A stretch of DNA of 64,000 bases, from contig NC_135890.1 of NCBI RefSeq assembly GCF_964194155.1, positions 97,278,001 to 97,342,000 on the forward strand, written 5' to 3'. The position numbers were made by a program, and so were the translations under genes. The first letter of the stretch is position 1. Each line of letters begins with the position of its first letter. This document shows, one piece after another, positions 47,040 to 60,174 of the stretch. Source of the DNA: Cetorhinus maximus. Its lineage: Eukaryota. Under the pieces are notes generated by a model. The model ran no database searches. It saw only the letters and a program-made list of their open reading frames with translations, and was not told where the DNA came from.

Positions 47040-47840
47040 GGGTAGCTGAAACGAGAACTTTGCCTTTACCTGTTCTTACTGGTCACTGGCCATAACATCA
47101 ATGCAGCCTGCAGCTAAGAATTCCATGCTGTAGAGCTCGGATAGATGAGAATTCCTCTTCTAGAGAGAGATGCTCATTGATAAGAACTCTTGAAAGAAAT
47201 GTGGCTTTCCGTTTAATGCAACAAAAAAAAGTTCAAATCACCTTAAGTTTCATCTCAGTTATTTTCAAATCGTGCCGTGAATTATGTTTATTTATTTGAA
47301 AGAAATCAGACTGCTTATGAAAGTGTCGTGTTAAACAAGGCTTACTTTTGTATTTCTGAAAGTTGCTGCTCTGCCTAAAGCAAATATAATCTATATACTT
47401 TGGGAATGGTTTGTGACAAACTAGTTCACTGAATCATTTACAGTTATGTAGCATGTAACTTTTTTGATTTTTTTTTTAGTTTAACAATTTCAAAAAATAA
47501 TTCAGGTACAGTAATAGTATTCAAGGCTCAGTGGGAAAAGTAAAGGGATGGTTAAAAATGCCTTCTCTGATTTTCCTTTTAAGCCAGTTTTGGTGCTGTA
47601 GCAATTTCAGGAAATACAAAAACAGTTCTGGTTACTGCATTTGCCATTCATTTGAAAATTGTATGATTCAATGCAAAACTTATTTTTGAATATATTATAA
47701 GGAGCAGCTAAGAGTTTGGGGTGTTATTAGCTGTTTTCTTGCTGGAAAGTATAAAGATTGTAAAAGTATTCAGCTTTAATTTTTATAAATTATTTCCACA
47801 TTTGATCTGAGCCTAATAAACCGAATTTATTTTAGAATCT
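47040..47840 (+). other. UBE2G1: Probable non-coding last exon (3' UTR) of the UBE2G1-like gene
   Basis: Branch-like ctaat and pyrimidine tract tttctattttcAG ending at 47039; AT-rich, repeat-free sequence; AATAAA at 47815-47820. The 3' end is approximate. Confidence 0.6.
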
Positions 47841-48112
47841 GGCTGATTGTGTAACTAATAGTTCTGTCTGTCATAGTCATAAAATTACTAATGTAACATG
47901 ACAGACAAAACATATGGCATATGTTAGTTATACAAACTAAATAATGAAGTTTCAAATCAAATAATTTTCTTAAATTCAAAATAATTTATCCTCAGTTTAA
48001 AAAATTGAATCCTTCAAAACACTTGCTCTTATTTTCTTTCAGAAACTTGAACTAAAAATTGTTCTCTTATTTCTTAAAAACTGATTGCTGCTGCAACTAT
48101 AATATTAGCCAG

Positions 48113-48560
48113 AGATGGCTTTGTCTTGGTTTTCTGCAGAGCATCAGCTTGGTAACAAAGCAAAAGGTTGTGGATTCAAGCCCTATTCTTGGATTTGTGG
48201 CTAGATAATCTTGGCTACGATTTCAGTTCACTACCAAGACAATACTATATTACCAAAAGGACTGTCCTTTGGATGTAACATTAAACCGAGAATCCATTTA
48301 CCCATTTCACTGGTTCAGTTGGATGTTTTAAGACCACGACATTTGGAATAAAGCATTTTGATGGTCAAGTCAATGCTGCTCTGAACCAACACCACTGCAG
48401 CAGATTGACCAGCTAATCAGCTTGTTGCCATTTGAGATCTTGCTTATGCAAAATAAGCTGCCATATTTGCATTCATAACTATTTCAAAGAACTTTGTTGT
48501 GTGTGAAGTACTTTGGGACATTTGAGACATGGCACAGCACAATATCAATGCCAGTTCATT
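48113..48560 (+). mobile_element. DeuSINE-like SINE with L2-type tail, decayed
   Basis: B-box-like GGATTCAAGCCC; Deu core CTGTCCTTTGGATGTAACATTAAACCGAG; tail GAAGTACTTTGGGACATTTGAG...TATCAATGC. Confidence 0.55.
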
Positions 48561-51500
48561 CATTCTTTGCTCTTTCAGGTACTGACAGTTTTGTTTCTTT
48601 TAATGAATGTTTTTGGCTCTTGTTAATTACCATCACTTCCACCCTTTGTCCATTGATATTTTTACTCTGATAGCTCTTCCATTAACAAATATTTATTTTA
48701 CCCTTGATAACTGTTCAGGCAAGAAATTGTCTAGTGCTTTTCTTGCAACTCTTACACTTCTTGGTAGGATAGCATCCAGTATTATTCTGTTGTAGATTTT
48801 TTTTGCCTTTTGCTATTTTGTTACTATGCTCAGTACAGCTCTGAGCTGGTCACTCATTTCTTATAAATTACATATATGCAATATTCTACTTTTTCTATAT
48901 AACAATGTGTAACTGTTATAAATCATGACAGATTTTTCAAATATGAACAAATAGTTAGAATCTGTGGGACAGGATAAATGAGAATGAACGAGTTGCTTAA
49001 ACAGCTAAACTATAGCAAAAGCAAACTGAATTCCAAAAATCCAAAAGGGCAGAAACTGCCAGAACTACATCACATCCACCAACTTCTGAAGAGATAAGAT
49101 AGTTCACCATTTCCATTCAAGTTTACAACATAGAATGGGTTATTCAGTCCATCATGTATGTGGTGGATCTTTGCCGAAGCAATACAAAACTAATCTCAAT
49201 GTCCTACTCTTTCCCAATTGTTCTATATTTTCTTGTTTTTCTTTTCAGCTTAACAGAAAATTATTAAAGTTGTATAATAGTCCCTGCCTTAAAGACTGAA
49301 AACATTTCACGCTTTAACAACCCACTGCATGAAGAAATGTAGTTTCCTCAGTGACAATATTAAATTTATATTCCCTTTTCTGTTTTTCAAATGCAGAACC
49401 CTTCATAATTTTAAAACCTCAAATCTCTTCTTTGCTCAAATGGAATGAGCCCCAATATCTCAAGCCTCGATAACTACTTTCATCGCAGACATCATTCTGG
49501 TGAATCTACATTATATATGCTCTATAGCTTTGCCAGCTTGTGGTGTCCAAAACGGCACACAGCACTCTTAACTGTGGCCTGACCAATGTTTGTACAGATT
49601 TACAATACTTCTTCCTCTTGTACTCTTTGCCCCATCATAAAATTCAAAATGCAGTTATCCTAGTTCGCAACTATTTCTGCCTAGACTTAAACTTTCAGAT
49701 TATTGAATAGGAATTCTAGGATCTCTACTCATCCATGCTACTCAATGAATTCCTGTTCCTTGTTTCACTTCCCTGTGGATATCACTTCTCTCATCCTTTT
49801 TAAATTGTTTCTGGCATGTCAGCCATTCTGGAGTCTTTTATAATCCTCCTCCTTGCTGAAGACACAAAAGATTGTGTTTCATATGACCAAGTCTAAATCA
49901 TCCCTATATATTAAAGAACAAACATGTACCCAGAAGTGATCACTGGAATCCAAGCAACATTCATTTAACGCAGCTTGGTTTCCTATCCAACAGCCATTCC
50001 ATGCTACTTACTACATTTTCTCTTGTACTATATGTCTGAATTTTTTTTTTTAAAAGCCTCTTCTCAGACACATTCTGAAAATCCATATACACTGCACCTA
50101 CTATATTTTCTTTATCCAGTCATCTCTTCAAAAAGAGTCAAACATGACTTACCTTTTCCAAATCCATGCTGTCTGTTCTTGATCAACACATGCATTTCTA
50201 AATGCTCCTAATTTGATCTTGAATTATGGACATTAAGAGGTTACCCACAACTGACATTACTATCCAGTTACATGGTTTATCTTTCTTGAACAAACATTGG
50301 GTACTTTTCAGTCCCATGGTACAATTTACATATGAGGACCTAGTAACATTTCTACCTTATCTCATCTTTCTTTACAACCAATTCCATCCCCTTCTCTACA
50401 TTCTCACTTCTACCACCATTCGAAATAACTGACAAAATATTTAATATCCCTCTCCTACATAGCTACATTCCACACAACTGAACTCTGTTTCATCACCAAG
50501 GCTTCCCAGGTGAAGACTTCTTTCAAAACTAGAAACTGGGGTCTCCTTCCAGAGGGAAGGGTAACATGGGTAAAAGACATTGATTAGAACTAGCTGGTGA
50601 TACAAAATATTCTCAATGTGAATAAAACAGCTTCAAAGTGAAATGGTCAAAATGTGCGTTTGTAAGGCATGTTAGTACTAGGAGTATTGGTATCACCAGA
50701 CAAACCAAATCATTACAGATCTGAAAGGTTACACAATACCTTAAGCGTCTAAATTATACTGATGGTTTCTATCTATTCTAACTTCATTCATCTCCTGGCA
50801 GCTAGTTTCTAATTTTTTTTAAGTACACAAACTTACAGCAAAGTGTTTGTCCCACAGGTAACAACTCGCATATTATACTGGGAATTTGTCTGGGAGAACT
50901 ACAGGTACAAAACCAATCTGAGGCATAGACAAATGGATTAGCAACAATTTCAGTGAACTCTTCTGCATCCCTGCTTCTCCCCACTGGTGGTCACAGTGCC
51001 TTTAGCTGCTTAAATCCCACTGTCTGGAATTTCCTTCCTAAACCCTTCCATCTCTCTCAAAATCCTCCTTAAAGCCCACCTCTTTAAGCTTTTGAATCAA
51101 TTCTCTGACTTGGTTTACATTTCCCTTATACCAAGTGAACACCTTGGGACATTTCCTACATCAAAAGTTCTACACAAATGCAAGTGTTTCATTGTAATCC
51201 TTTCTGAGCAGAGGAATAAGATTTTCTGACCTCCTGGATGATTGTACTTATTGTGTGACTCCAATACAGAAGGTACTCTTAGTTCTTAAGTCTTAAAGAT
51301 TATAAAACCAGCGCTATTTTCTATTTTTTTTTGAAAAAAAGAGCATTTACATGCAGCAAACCTATTTGCAATAATCAAGTGTAAGTGACAACTGATATTA
51401 TTCTGAACACTCATACATGTAACCTTATGAAATTTACTCAGCTGGATAATGAGGAATAAAGCTTGTTGCAATGACTCATGTACATCTAAACATTTACTGT

Positions 51501-53049
51501 GCCAACTCTCTTCAGTATACACAAGTGTACTTTAATATTGTTAGGCAGCTTTGTACCAATTTAAAGTTTTGGTCCCTATGAATGGTTTAATAGATAAAGA
51601 TAGCCACTATATCCTACACAAAGTTAGTTTGCTGCATGTGCCTCAATTTAAGAGCAAAGAAAATTTGAGCTCCAACAGCTTTGAATTCAGTAAATGTAAT
51701 TTCTGGGACTAAGTACTCAGTGGTAAATGGAGCAAAACATTGACATCTTCATTTCATATATAAATTTACAGTACAAGAGACGGTCATCTAACCTATCATG
51801 CCAGTGCTGGATTTTTGGGTCATACTCAGTCCCACATCCCTGCTTTTTGTCTGTAACCTATCCAACTCAGTTTTAAAATGATTTGTGGAATCAGCTTCCA
51901 CCATATTTTCAGGTAGTTCTCTGCTTTTACAAACCTAAGTAAGCCATATGCTTTTTTTCAAACATCAACTTGCCCTGCCAGCTTTAAGGATTTGTACAAA
52001 TGGACACCAAGTTGTGTCTACTTATTTACATTTACAGTATATTGTCTTACCATATTAGTCCTCCCAAAGTGCACTGCTTCACACTTCTCTGCTTGGAATC
52101 TTATCTGCCATACTGAATATCATTTTTCTGGTTAACTGATCAATAAAGACTTGCAACATTTTATAGCATACAACTGTTTATTATGTAATATTGCTGCCGC
52201 ACAGCAGTTATGCCATATGAATGTATTCACTTTATATCACTAGTTAAATCAAGAATTTGGAGAGTTGTAATTTATATTTTGAAGGATTAAAATTATGCTT
52301 ATTGAAAAATTCTAGATGTCTGTCAGCAACAACCATTTCATGAATGACATCAATCAGGCCTTTATGATGTCCAATATTTTTATTTGTCCATTTTCTTAAA
52401 AAAAGAATCAACATAATTTTTTGCCAAAATATGGAAAGCCAGCTAAATCCCTATTAAAGCTTGGCAATCAAACAGGTTCCAATTAACTATTTTGGTTCCA
52501 TACAACTGAGAAAATTGTGTTAAACAGCAGAAAATGAATCCCAAATAAACGACAAATGGTTACATATAGTAGTATTCTTCTAATACCAGTTACAGGAGAG
52601 AAGAAATACCAACACTTTATTCTTAATACTAATATCGTTGTGCAAGCAGCATCAGATGATTATATACCTGTACCTGACATTACATGCAATGTGATGTGAG
52701 CAGTAACCAGGAGTGAGGGTACAGTTTTGAAATATAAACAGCAGGCTTACTTTATGTAACTTCTGTATTGACCACTATTTAAGCACCAAATATTAGATGC
52801 ACATATGAGCCACATGAACACATTAAACAAGTGTATGAGTAGAAGCTCATGTAAATTATATTAGACCAAGCAGGTAATATTCACCTTTTTTAAAAACACT
52901 CTTCAGAATGACACCGTACTTTTATTATATCCAATCCCCAGTATAAAATCATACAAAACAAGGCAAAAACTTTGTACATCTTGCTGCACAGCATGTCTGT
53001 ATGATGTTTCTCACTTGTTGCACGTATCATTTTAGTATTTGTGATGATA

Positions 53050-53112
53050 TTAATGTCCTGGTGCTGATAGGCTCTTGTTCATGAACTGCTTCTTTATAAA
53101 GCATGTCCACCA
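53050..53112 (-). CDS. ARPC3: ARPC3 last coding exon (63 nt including TAA)
   Basis: ctttctAG|TGGTGGACATGC; [20 protein letters not shown]; first downstream AATAAA (minus strand) at 52921-52926. Confidence 0.95.
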   Translation of the reverse strand, partial: WWTCFIKKQFMNKSLSAPGH

Positions 53113-56100
53113 CTAGAAAGACAAAAACAAATAATTAAGCCAGGTACATCTACAGTCAGGAGTTATAAAACAAAAGCATATTTGTCATGAAATGACATGA
53201 AATAAGTTTAGAAAGTTTCAACCCATTTCCTGCATATGTATGTCCACAGCATGAAAAGAACAATCTTTTATTTAAAACCATAAAAGACAATAAAAATACT
53301 CTCACTGATGCAGTTGCTCTTCCAACAGTTAAGTCCAAGTGATGACAGGAAAAAACACTATCTTGCATCTTATTCATTTTATTCCAAAAATGGTACATCA
53401 TGATCAGCACAAAATACATCAAAAAATCAAATAAATCTCAAAATCAGGAGCACCAACAATTGTTTCCCAATGGTATACGGAAGGTGTCAAACTCTCCAAA
53501 CAAAATTACATATGGAATAGGAGTAAGCCATTTGACCCCTCGAGCCTGCTCTGCCATTCGATAGGGTCACAGCTGATCTGATTCTGGCCTTAACTCCAGA
53601 ACCTTTGACTCCCTTTATAGATCAAAACTGTGTCAAACTCAGCCTTGAATATATTCGGTCCCCTAGCCTCCACTGCTCGTTGAGGTACAGAATTCCAAAG
53701 ATTAATATCCCTCTGCGAGAAGAAATTCATCTCCATCTTAAACGGGAGAGACGTTATTTTGAAACTGTGTCCCATAGTTTTAGATCTCCCCCATGAAGGA
53801 AAACATCCTTGCAGCAACTACCATGCCAGGCCCCGAATCTTATGTTTCAATAAGATCACGGCTCATTCTTCTAAGCTTCTAGGAGTATAGTCCCAACCTG
53901 CTCAACTTTTTCTCATAAGACAACCTCTTCATCTTAGGAATCAACTTATTGAACCTTCTCTAAACTCTCCAATGCAAGTATATCTCTCTTTAAATAAGGA
54001 GACCACAACTGTATGCAGTCTTCTAGGTGTGGTCCCACCAATGTCCTGTACAGTTGTAGAATTTAACATTAGAAACAGAAATACAACATTTATCTTGTAC
54101 TTTTGTGATATTTAATAAAGTTAAAATGAAGAGAAATTATTTTCCTCAAATTTCCCAATGGGTCTTTTAGATCAACTCATGTATTAAAAACCCTGACTGA
54201 CACACTACTTTAGAAACAGCTTAGTTTGAGTACTGCATGAATTCAGGAAACAGAAGTCTCCTGTTAAAAATAACCACAATCACCAGAGAAATCATTTACC
54301 ATATCTTCTCACACAGTAACTACAAAAAAAATTCAAAGCAAGTCGACAAATATCTTTCAAGAAAAAGCTGAAAACCGAAGTAAATTTAAATTTTAGTGTA
54401 ATTCTGTTGTTCAATTTAATAAACTGCTGCTGAGAGGGCAAATGGAGATACATGATGGTTACTTTCCTATGGTTAAGTTTTAATGGCAGCATACTTGGAA
54501 AAAAAAACCTAGGTGCTTATAAACTAGTTTGAATTTGGGAAGAACGGCAATATTATTAGATGACACCACAACCCAGTCTAAAACTATCGCCCTATTTTAT
54601 TGCTTTCCTCCACTGGTGGGCATCATAGGACATGGTTTGTCTCATCAGCAAAGAATTAAATCACTATGATACTCGTATGCGTTTTAATTGACTGAACCAC
54701 CCATTTTGGCACCTTCCTCTTGGGATAGCATGTAGAGGTAATTTTCCCAGTGGCATTTGACCAGCACAATGTCACTAATGGACCAGACAAAATAGAGCCC
54801 TGTATTATATTAACATAGTATTCCCAGAAAGGAGAAAACTATTGGTCCATCTAGCCTACTCCTACAAACCTCCCATCATTTCTCTTCTGGAACCCAGTCC
54901 CATATCCCTTTTCCTTTAGGATTCCATCCAGTCCTTTTAAACCAGTATCTGTGGTTAAATTTTTTGTTGAAGTTATTAATCTTTTTGTAAGAAGAACTAT
55001 AAATGATAATTTAAAGCCAATACTACAGCTACTTACCTTGCTGGGCTTGTCAGTCTGCTGATCAAACACCTTTTCACAAAGTCTCAATCCAGTCTCTTGC
55101 CTGATTTGCTGCAAATAACCCCTCATCATCTCTGAAAAGGTAACCAGAATTTATATAATCATGAACAATTAATTCTCAGGGCATACATTATAAATGATAT
55201 CCAACAGCCAAATCTCAATGTGAAATATGATAATTAGACATCTCACCTTCGTTTAAGACAAAACAATTAAAATTCATGAGTCCTCCAAAAGTTAGATGCA
55301 AGAATTTGTTTTATGCAAAATTAGGTTACATGCAAGGACATACACTCAATCCACAAAATATAAGCTCACTTATATTTTGTGCAAAAAAGGGTGGAATAAC
55401 ACATTGGACTACCAACGTATGTACCATGCAGTGGAGAGACTCTGGTTTAATTTCCCTCAAAAATATTGAGCGCCCAACCTTAGTCACACAGTGAACAGAT
55501 AAGTTTCCCCAAAGGATTGAGGAAAGATTACAAGAAGAGTTGTTACAAACCCCACTCCTACATCTCACTGGCCAGCTTCAGAGCATTTCTGGCAAATTCC
55601 TAGAAGCAAAGGGGGAACCTTATTCTCAGAGATAGTGCACAACTTGAAGTGATCAAGCGCATGAATCAGGAAATTAAAGGAAGATTCCCAACCTCAAACA
55701 AAAATCTAAATTTTAATTTCAATGTCTTTAGTATTTTGGAATCAATGTGGAATTAAGCTTAATTAGCGTTTGTGACTGAGGCATTCTGCAACTTCTGTTT
55801 TTAAAACAAAATATAAGTAGTAAAATACTCTGCCTAGATATATATGTTTTTCTGTCCTTTAATAATCAACTTTATTAATTCTAGTAGTGCTGCTTCCTCA
55901 TACCATCTTCCTGCTTGTGTCCAGGCTTTGCATACATGGCATTGAGGGGAAAGCCTGGCTCTCCAGGAATGGGAAAGTTAGTTATCCCCAAGGTGTACAT
56001 TTCCTTCTCTCCTTGATTTTTGGAGTTGCACTGTGTAAAATAAAAACAACCAAAATGAAAAAAAGCTCACTCACATCCCAAAATAATGCTGAAGCATGCA

Positions 56101-59100
56101 AGTGCACACTATTTTATGAAACAGAACTGTCAAATAGCTCACAACTCACCGCGTGCAAAACAGCAGTAGCATTGTCAATGCTAATGAGTTCCTGGGTTTC
56201 TTCTATTTTTCTACTACATTTGTGACAACTTTTCATGCAACCGCTTAGCGTAACAGAAACATTCTAACCACCATTCCGTATGACTAAAATTACTTCCTCG
56301 CTCCAACTATGAAGCAAATTATTCAGATCACACATCTACTCAGTGGAACTGCTCAAGCGGCACTGCAAGTCTGGGGCTAGTCTGCCTGCCAACCTTCACA
56401 GCTGACAAAAGCAAGGCAAGAAAAAGTTAGTGTATCAGCATTTTTCCTTACCTTTTGTAATTTTTTGAGGCATTCAGTAATATAGAGGGTGATATAAATC
56501 AAGGTTCTGTCAGCCTCATTCTGCAAAAAAAACCTTGTTAGTTGAACATTCTGATATGCAGTATTAAAATGTTGGAGCATAGGAACAGGAGTTGGTCATT
56601 TCGCCCCATGAACTTGTTCCATTATTCAATTAGATCATGGCTTAACTCCATCTAACTATCTTGTTTATGCAACCCTTAATGCCCTGCCTAACAAAAAGAA
56701 TCTATCAACCCCAATTTTATGTTTTCAATGGACCTAGCCTCAACAGCTTTTTGGTGGAAGAGAGTAGTGGAGTATTGTGAACAATCCGAATTTTTAAAAG
56801 AATTCCCATTAAAACATAAGCAGCAGCTGCTAGTAGTGCAAGTAAAAGGAGAAGTCCCAAGTATCTGTACTCATTTTAATATGAAAGTATCTAAGAACAT
56901 GAAACAAAGTAATGTCCACTAGCTAAATCCTCAGGATGACTTATAAGAATTCTAAATATAAACAAAACTGAATAATTTTTTTTAAACAGCTTTACTTTTA
57001 AGAATAATTGAGATAGACACCCTCTAAGAAATGCATAAGAAATTACTAGCTTCACCATAATGTGGTTTTATATTGCTATACTTAACAGGCTTGTTATCCA
57101 TGTTTCTTTTTGAAACATCTTTCTTGAGCCCCATACACTAGAGGGTAGGCAGAGAATCTGCTCTAAGCTTTGCGTCGATGCATCTCATGGATCAGTTAAC
57201 AAGATGTGCCCAAGAATGTCCTATAGCAATCTCCCTCTGATCTTGCTGCTTCTTGGGACATTTTAGGATATCTGAACGTAGTGGTATGGCTGATATCAGC
57301 AACTGACTATCAGGTGCAAACCCATATCCCACTATTTTGTGCCAAAGTGATCTCACTGTTATACTCTCTACAATGTATCACTCTCTTCAATACATACCAT
57401 ATATGACACATTATCCAGTTTTTTTTTAAAGTTTCTTCAAGATTGACAAAAATCAAAAACCAAAAGCTTACCTTTATTTCATAGTTTTTGAAGAAAACAT
57501 TTGCCTTAAAATAGTAGATTGCTTCATCGATGACATCAGAGTCTTTGGCTGGAAGAGATAACCCTTGGTAATCAAATCATATATTTAAATCCTTAAAACA
57601 CAGTAACAACTTAACATCCCAATTTTGTCCTCTCCAATCAATACTTGACCAGTCCATGAAAACATTGCAATTGCCAATTAGCTCTCTCTTCCAAAGGCAA
57701 CCAGATTTCAATGAAAAAAAACTTGTCCTCTTGGAGAATTCTCAGGCTGAGCATTTACATAAAACTAGGAATTGTAGTCTGGTCTCTGTAGCTGAACTAC
57801 CCTGAGAAAACTGATGCTTTTCTTGTGCTACTAACTGCTGCAAACTGCTCAATTTTACCACATACTACATTTGATTGAGAATGTGAAATAACATCCAGAG
57901 GTCTATACAACCACTCCTTGGTTTCCCACCAAGTGAATGGTGCAAAAACACAACCCCTTAAAGCTAGTTTCATCCCCTCAGATATGACTACCGCTTATCT
58001 TCCAAGTGACACTCGAAATTATAATTGCAGGAGTTGAGGCCACAATCAGATCAGTCATGATCTTACTGAATGGCGGAGCAGGCTCGAGTGGCCAAATGGC
58101 CTACTCCTGCTCCTAATTTGTACGTTCGTATGTAAGCAACCTACATCCAGACCTCTGCTAACAGTACTCTTGAACATAGTTCAAGGCCAAAAAGAGTATC
58201 AAAAGTTGAGTTGTTTTACAGTTTCTCAAAAATATCACAAACTGTTGAACTCCACATCTCTCCAGAGAACCCAGCTGAGATTCACCGTGGGAGGTGCATG
58301 CACTGTACTAGAGTTGCTGAATGGAAATTTGTATGATATTCAATATATTAGCCACTAGTCACATGTGGCTAATTAGGAATCCAGTTGTGACTAACTATTT
58401 CTGATAAGCAAATAAAAAATTGAGTGATAGACACTGTCATTGGGCATGGGATCTCGATACTCTTGACCACACAGCACAACCACTTTAACCTTTGTGCATT
58501 TGTTGTTAAAAATCACAAAAAGAGCAGAGTGTATTTTGTTTTTGTCCTTTATTACCTCAGTTACTGAATGGTGGTAGATATGATAAATATACCCAGGTAA
58601 AGTACATTTCCCTGTGCTGTGTGTTAGATGTTTTATGCATATGGCTAAATCGGTGTCACTGTAGCCACTTCTGTGGCTAGTCAGGAATTTCTATCATGAC
58701 AACACTGCTCTAGGGATTCAGGTCAATTTGTAAACTTATGAGCATCACTTAGCTTCCTAGCACCAAGATTTTCTTGAAAAATCAATCTATGACTGTTAAC
58801 AGGTTTAAACTACGAAACTAATATTCATGCTGCTTGTGCATAACAGTATAAATGGATACAAATATTGTATAGCTTTATAAAAAAAAAAAATCTCAAAACT
58901 TACTTTCTTTGGGAGCTGGTCCTTTAAATTGGGTTCGAAGTGGCAATAGTGCCATGTTTCCAATCAGTTTGACATCACTGTCCATGAGGGTGGAATGATA
59001 AGCCTGGGAGGGAGAAATAAAGTACAATTAGAAGAGCTTCTCCCCCCCTTCCCCTTCCTATTCTCCCCCACCCCTCTTCCCTTTCTATTATTCGGTCTGA

Positions 59101-59825
59101 AGTGGAATGAATGTTCATGTTAAAACATGAATTAAGACTTTTTTCTTTGTAGATGGTTAAGGTCAGCACTTCAGACCATAACTTCCAGTGAAATGAAGGA
59201 TGTTTAGTGAAGGTCACCATTGTAGAGCTGAAATTATTCGTTTCATTAGGGTTAAAGGTGGTTATCCATATAGTCCCCCAGTTAGTTTCTGATTGAAAAG
59301 TGAAAAGGAAGGTGTAATTTTGGTGTAATTTGGTGTAGTTTTGGGTGTAATTTGGTGTATTTTGGGTGTAATTTGGTATATTTTGGGTGTAATTTGCTGT
59401 AGTTTTGGTGTATTTTGGGTGTAATTTGGTATATTTTGGGTGTAAATTTGGTGTATTTTGGGTGTAAATTTGGTGTATTTTGGTGTAATTTGGTGTAGTT
59501 TTGGGTGTAATTTGGTGTATTTTGGGTGTAAATTTGGTATATTTTGGGTGTAAATTTGGTATATTTTGGGTGTAAATTTGGTGTATTTTGGGTGTAATTT
59601 GCTGTAGTTTTGGTGTATTTTGGGTGTAATTTGGTGTATTTTGGTGTAGGCCTAACTGGCCTACTTCCTGATTTCTCACACAGCAGCCAGTTACCAGCTC
59701 CCTCCCGGGGAATAACCCCCGTATAGCGGGAGTTAAACCCCTCCGGCACGGGGGGGGCGGGGGAGTGTGAGGGAGGGAGGGAGGGTGCGGGGGTGGGGGT
59801 AACCATTCCGCAAACTCACCGGCAT
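53050..59825 (-). CDS. ARPC3: Actin-related protein 2/3 complex subunit 3 (p21-Arc), complete: complement join(59820..59825,58904..59003,57472..57548,56452..56520,55904..56030,55037..55131,53050..53112), 178 aa
   Basis: MP|[33 protein letters not shown]|[26 protein letters not shown]|[23 protein letters not shown]|[42 protein letters not shown]|[32 protein letters not shown]|[20 protein letters not shown]. 537 nt, all GT-AG, phases consistent. Confidence 0.97.
53512..54060 (-). mobile_element. CR1 LINE 3' fragment in ARPC3 intron 6
   Basis: [32 protein letters not shown]; CR1 tail. Confidence 0.8.
55037..55131 (-). CDS. ARPC3: ARPC3 exon 6 (95 nt)
   Basis: [31 protein letters not shown]; donor GTAAGT. 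Confidence 0.95.
55904..56030 (-). CDS. ARPC3: ARPC3 exon 5 (127 nt)
   Basis: [42 protein letters not shown]; donor GTATGA. Confidence 0.95.
56452..56520 (-). CDS. ARPC3: ARPC3 exon 4 (69 nt)
   Basis: ttttgcAG|AATGAG; [23 protein letters not shown]; donor GTAAGG. Confidence 0.95.
57472..57548 (-). CDS. ARPC3: ARPC3 exon 3 (77 nt)
   Basis: [25 protein letters not shown]; donor GTAAGC. Confidence 0.95.
58904..59003 (-). CDS. ARPC3: ARPC3 exon 2 (100 nt)
   Basis: cccAG|GCTTATCAT; AYHSTLMD...GPAPKE; donor GTAAGT. Confidence 0.95.
59311..59648 (+). repeat. T/G-rich minisatellite (~22-23-bp unit TTTGGGTGTAATTTGGTGTATT) in ARPC3 intron 1
   Basis: Directly visible; source of the spurious PKYTK/YTQNT ORFs. 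Confidence 0.9.
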
Positions 59826-60170
59826 TGTAGAAACGGCCGCGGAGCGAGTTCTGAAGATAAACCCGAGTCTGTCAGTCTCAGCGCTTCCGCCTGTCCCACC
59901 CTGTCGGCCACGAGCACGGCGCGGGGGCGAGCACGGCGTGGGGGAGCGGGGGCGAGCACGGCGTGGGGGAGCGGGGGCGAGCGCGAGGGCGAGCACGGCG
60001 TGGGGGAGCGGGGGCGAGCACGGCGAGAGCGGCGTCGGAGAGCGGGGGCGAGCGCGGCGAGAGAGCCGGGGTGAGCACGGCGTCGGAGAGCGGGGGCGAG
60101 CGCGGGGAGAGGGAGCGCGAGCGCGGCGACGCCGGTACCACGTGACACAATTGCCCTGCAGCTGAGCAGG
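59700..60170 (-). promoter_or_regulatory. ARPC3 CpG island/promoter containing a GC-rich ~25-bp tandem repeat (CGAGCACGGCGTGGGGGAGCGGGGG-like, ~59910-60125)
   Basis: High CpG density around exon 1; E-box CACGTG at 60139-60144 (GTCACGTGG on the minus strand). Confidence 0.65.
59820..59825 (-). CDS. ARPC3: ARPC3 coding exon 1 (ATG CCG, 6 nt)
   Basis: acaATGCCG|GTGAGT at the edge of a CpG-rich region. Confidence 0.88.
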
Positions 60171-60174
60171 AGGT

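Noticed and set aside
47840-52900. Overlap of the convergent UBE2G1-like and ARPC3 3' UTRs, or a hidden gene between them
   Set aside because: The candidate poly(A) signals are about 5 kb apart, and the interval holds only decayed SINE/CR1/L2 fragments.
58975-59806. 234-aa and 174-aa ORFs with PKYTK/YTQNT repeats
   Set aside because: They are translations of the intronic minisatellite.
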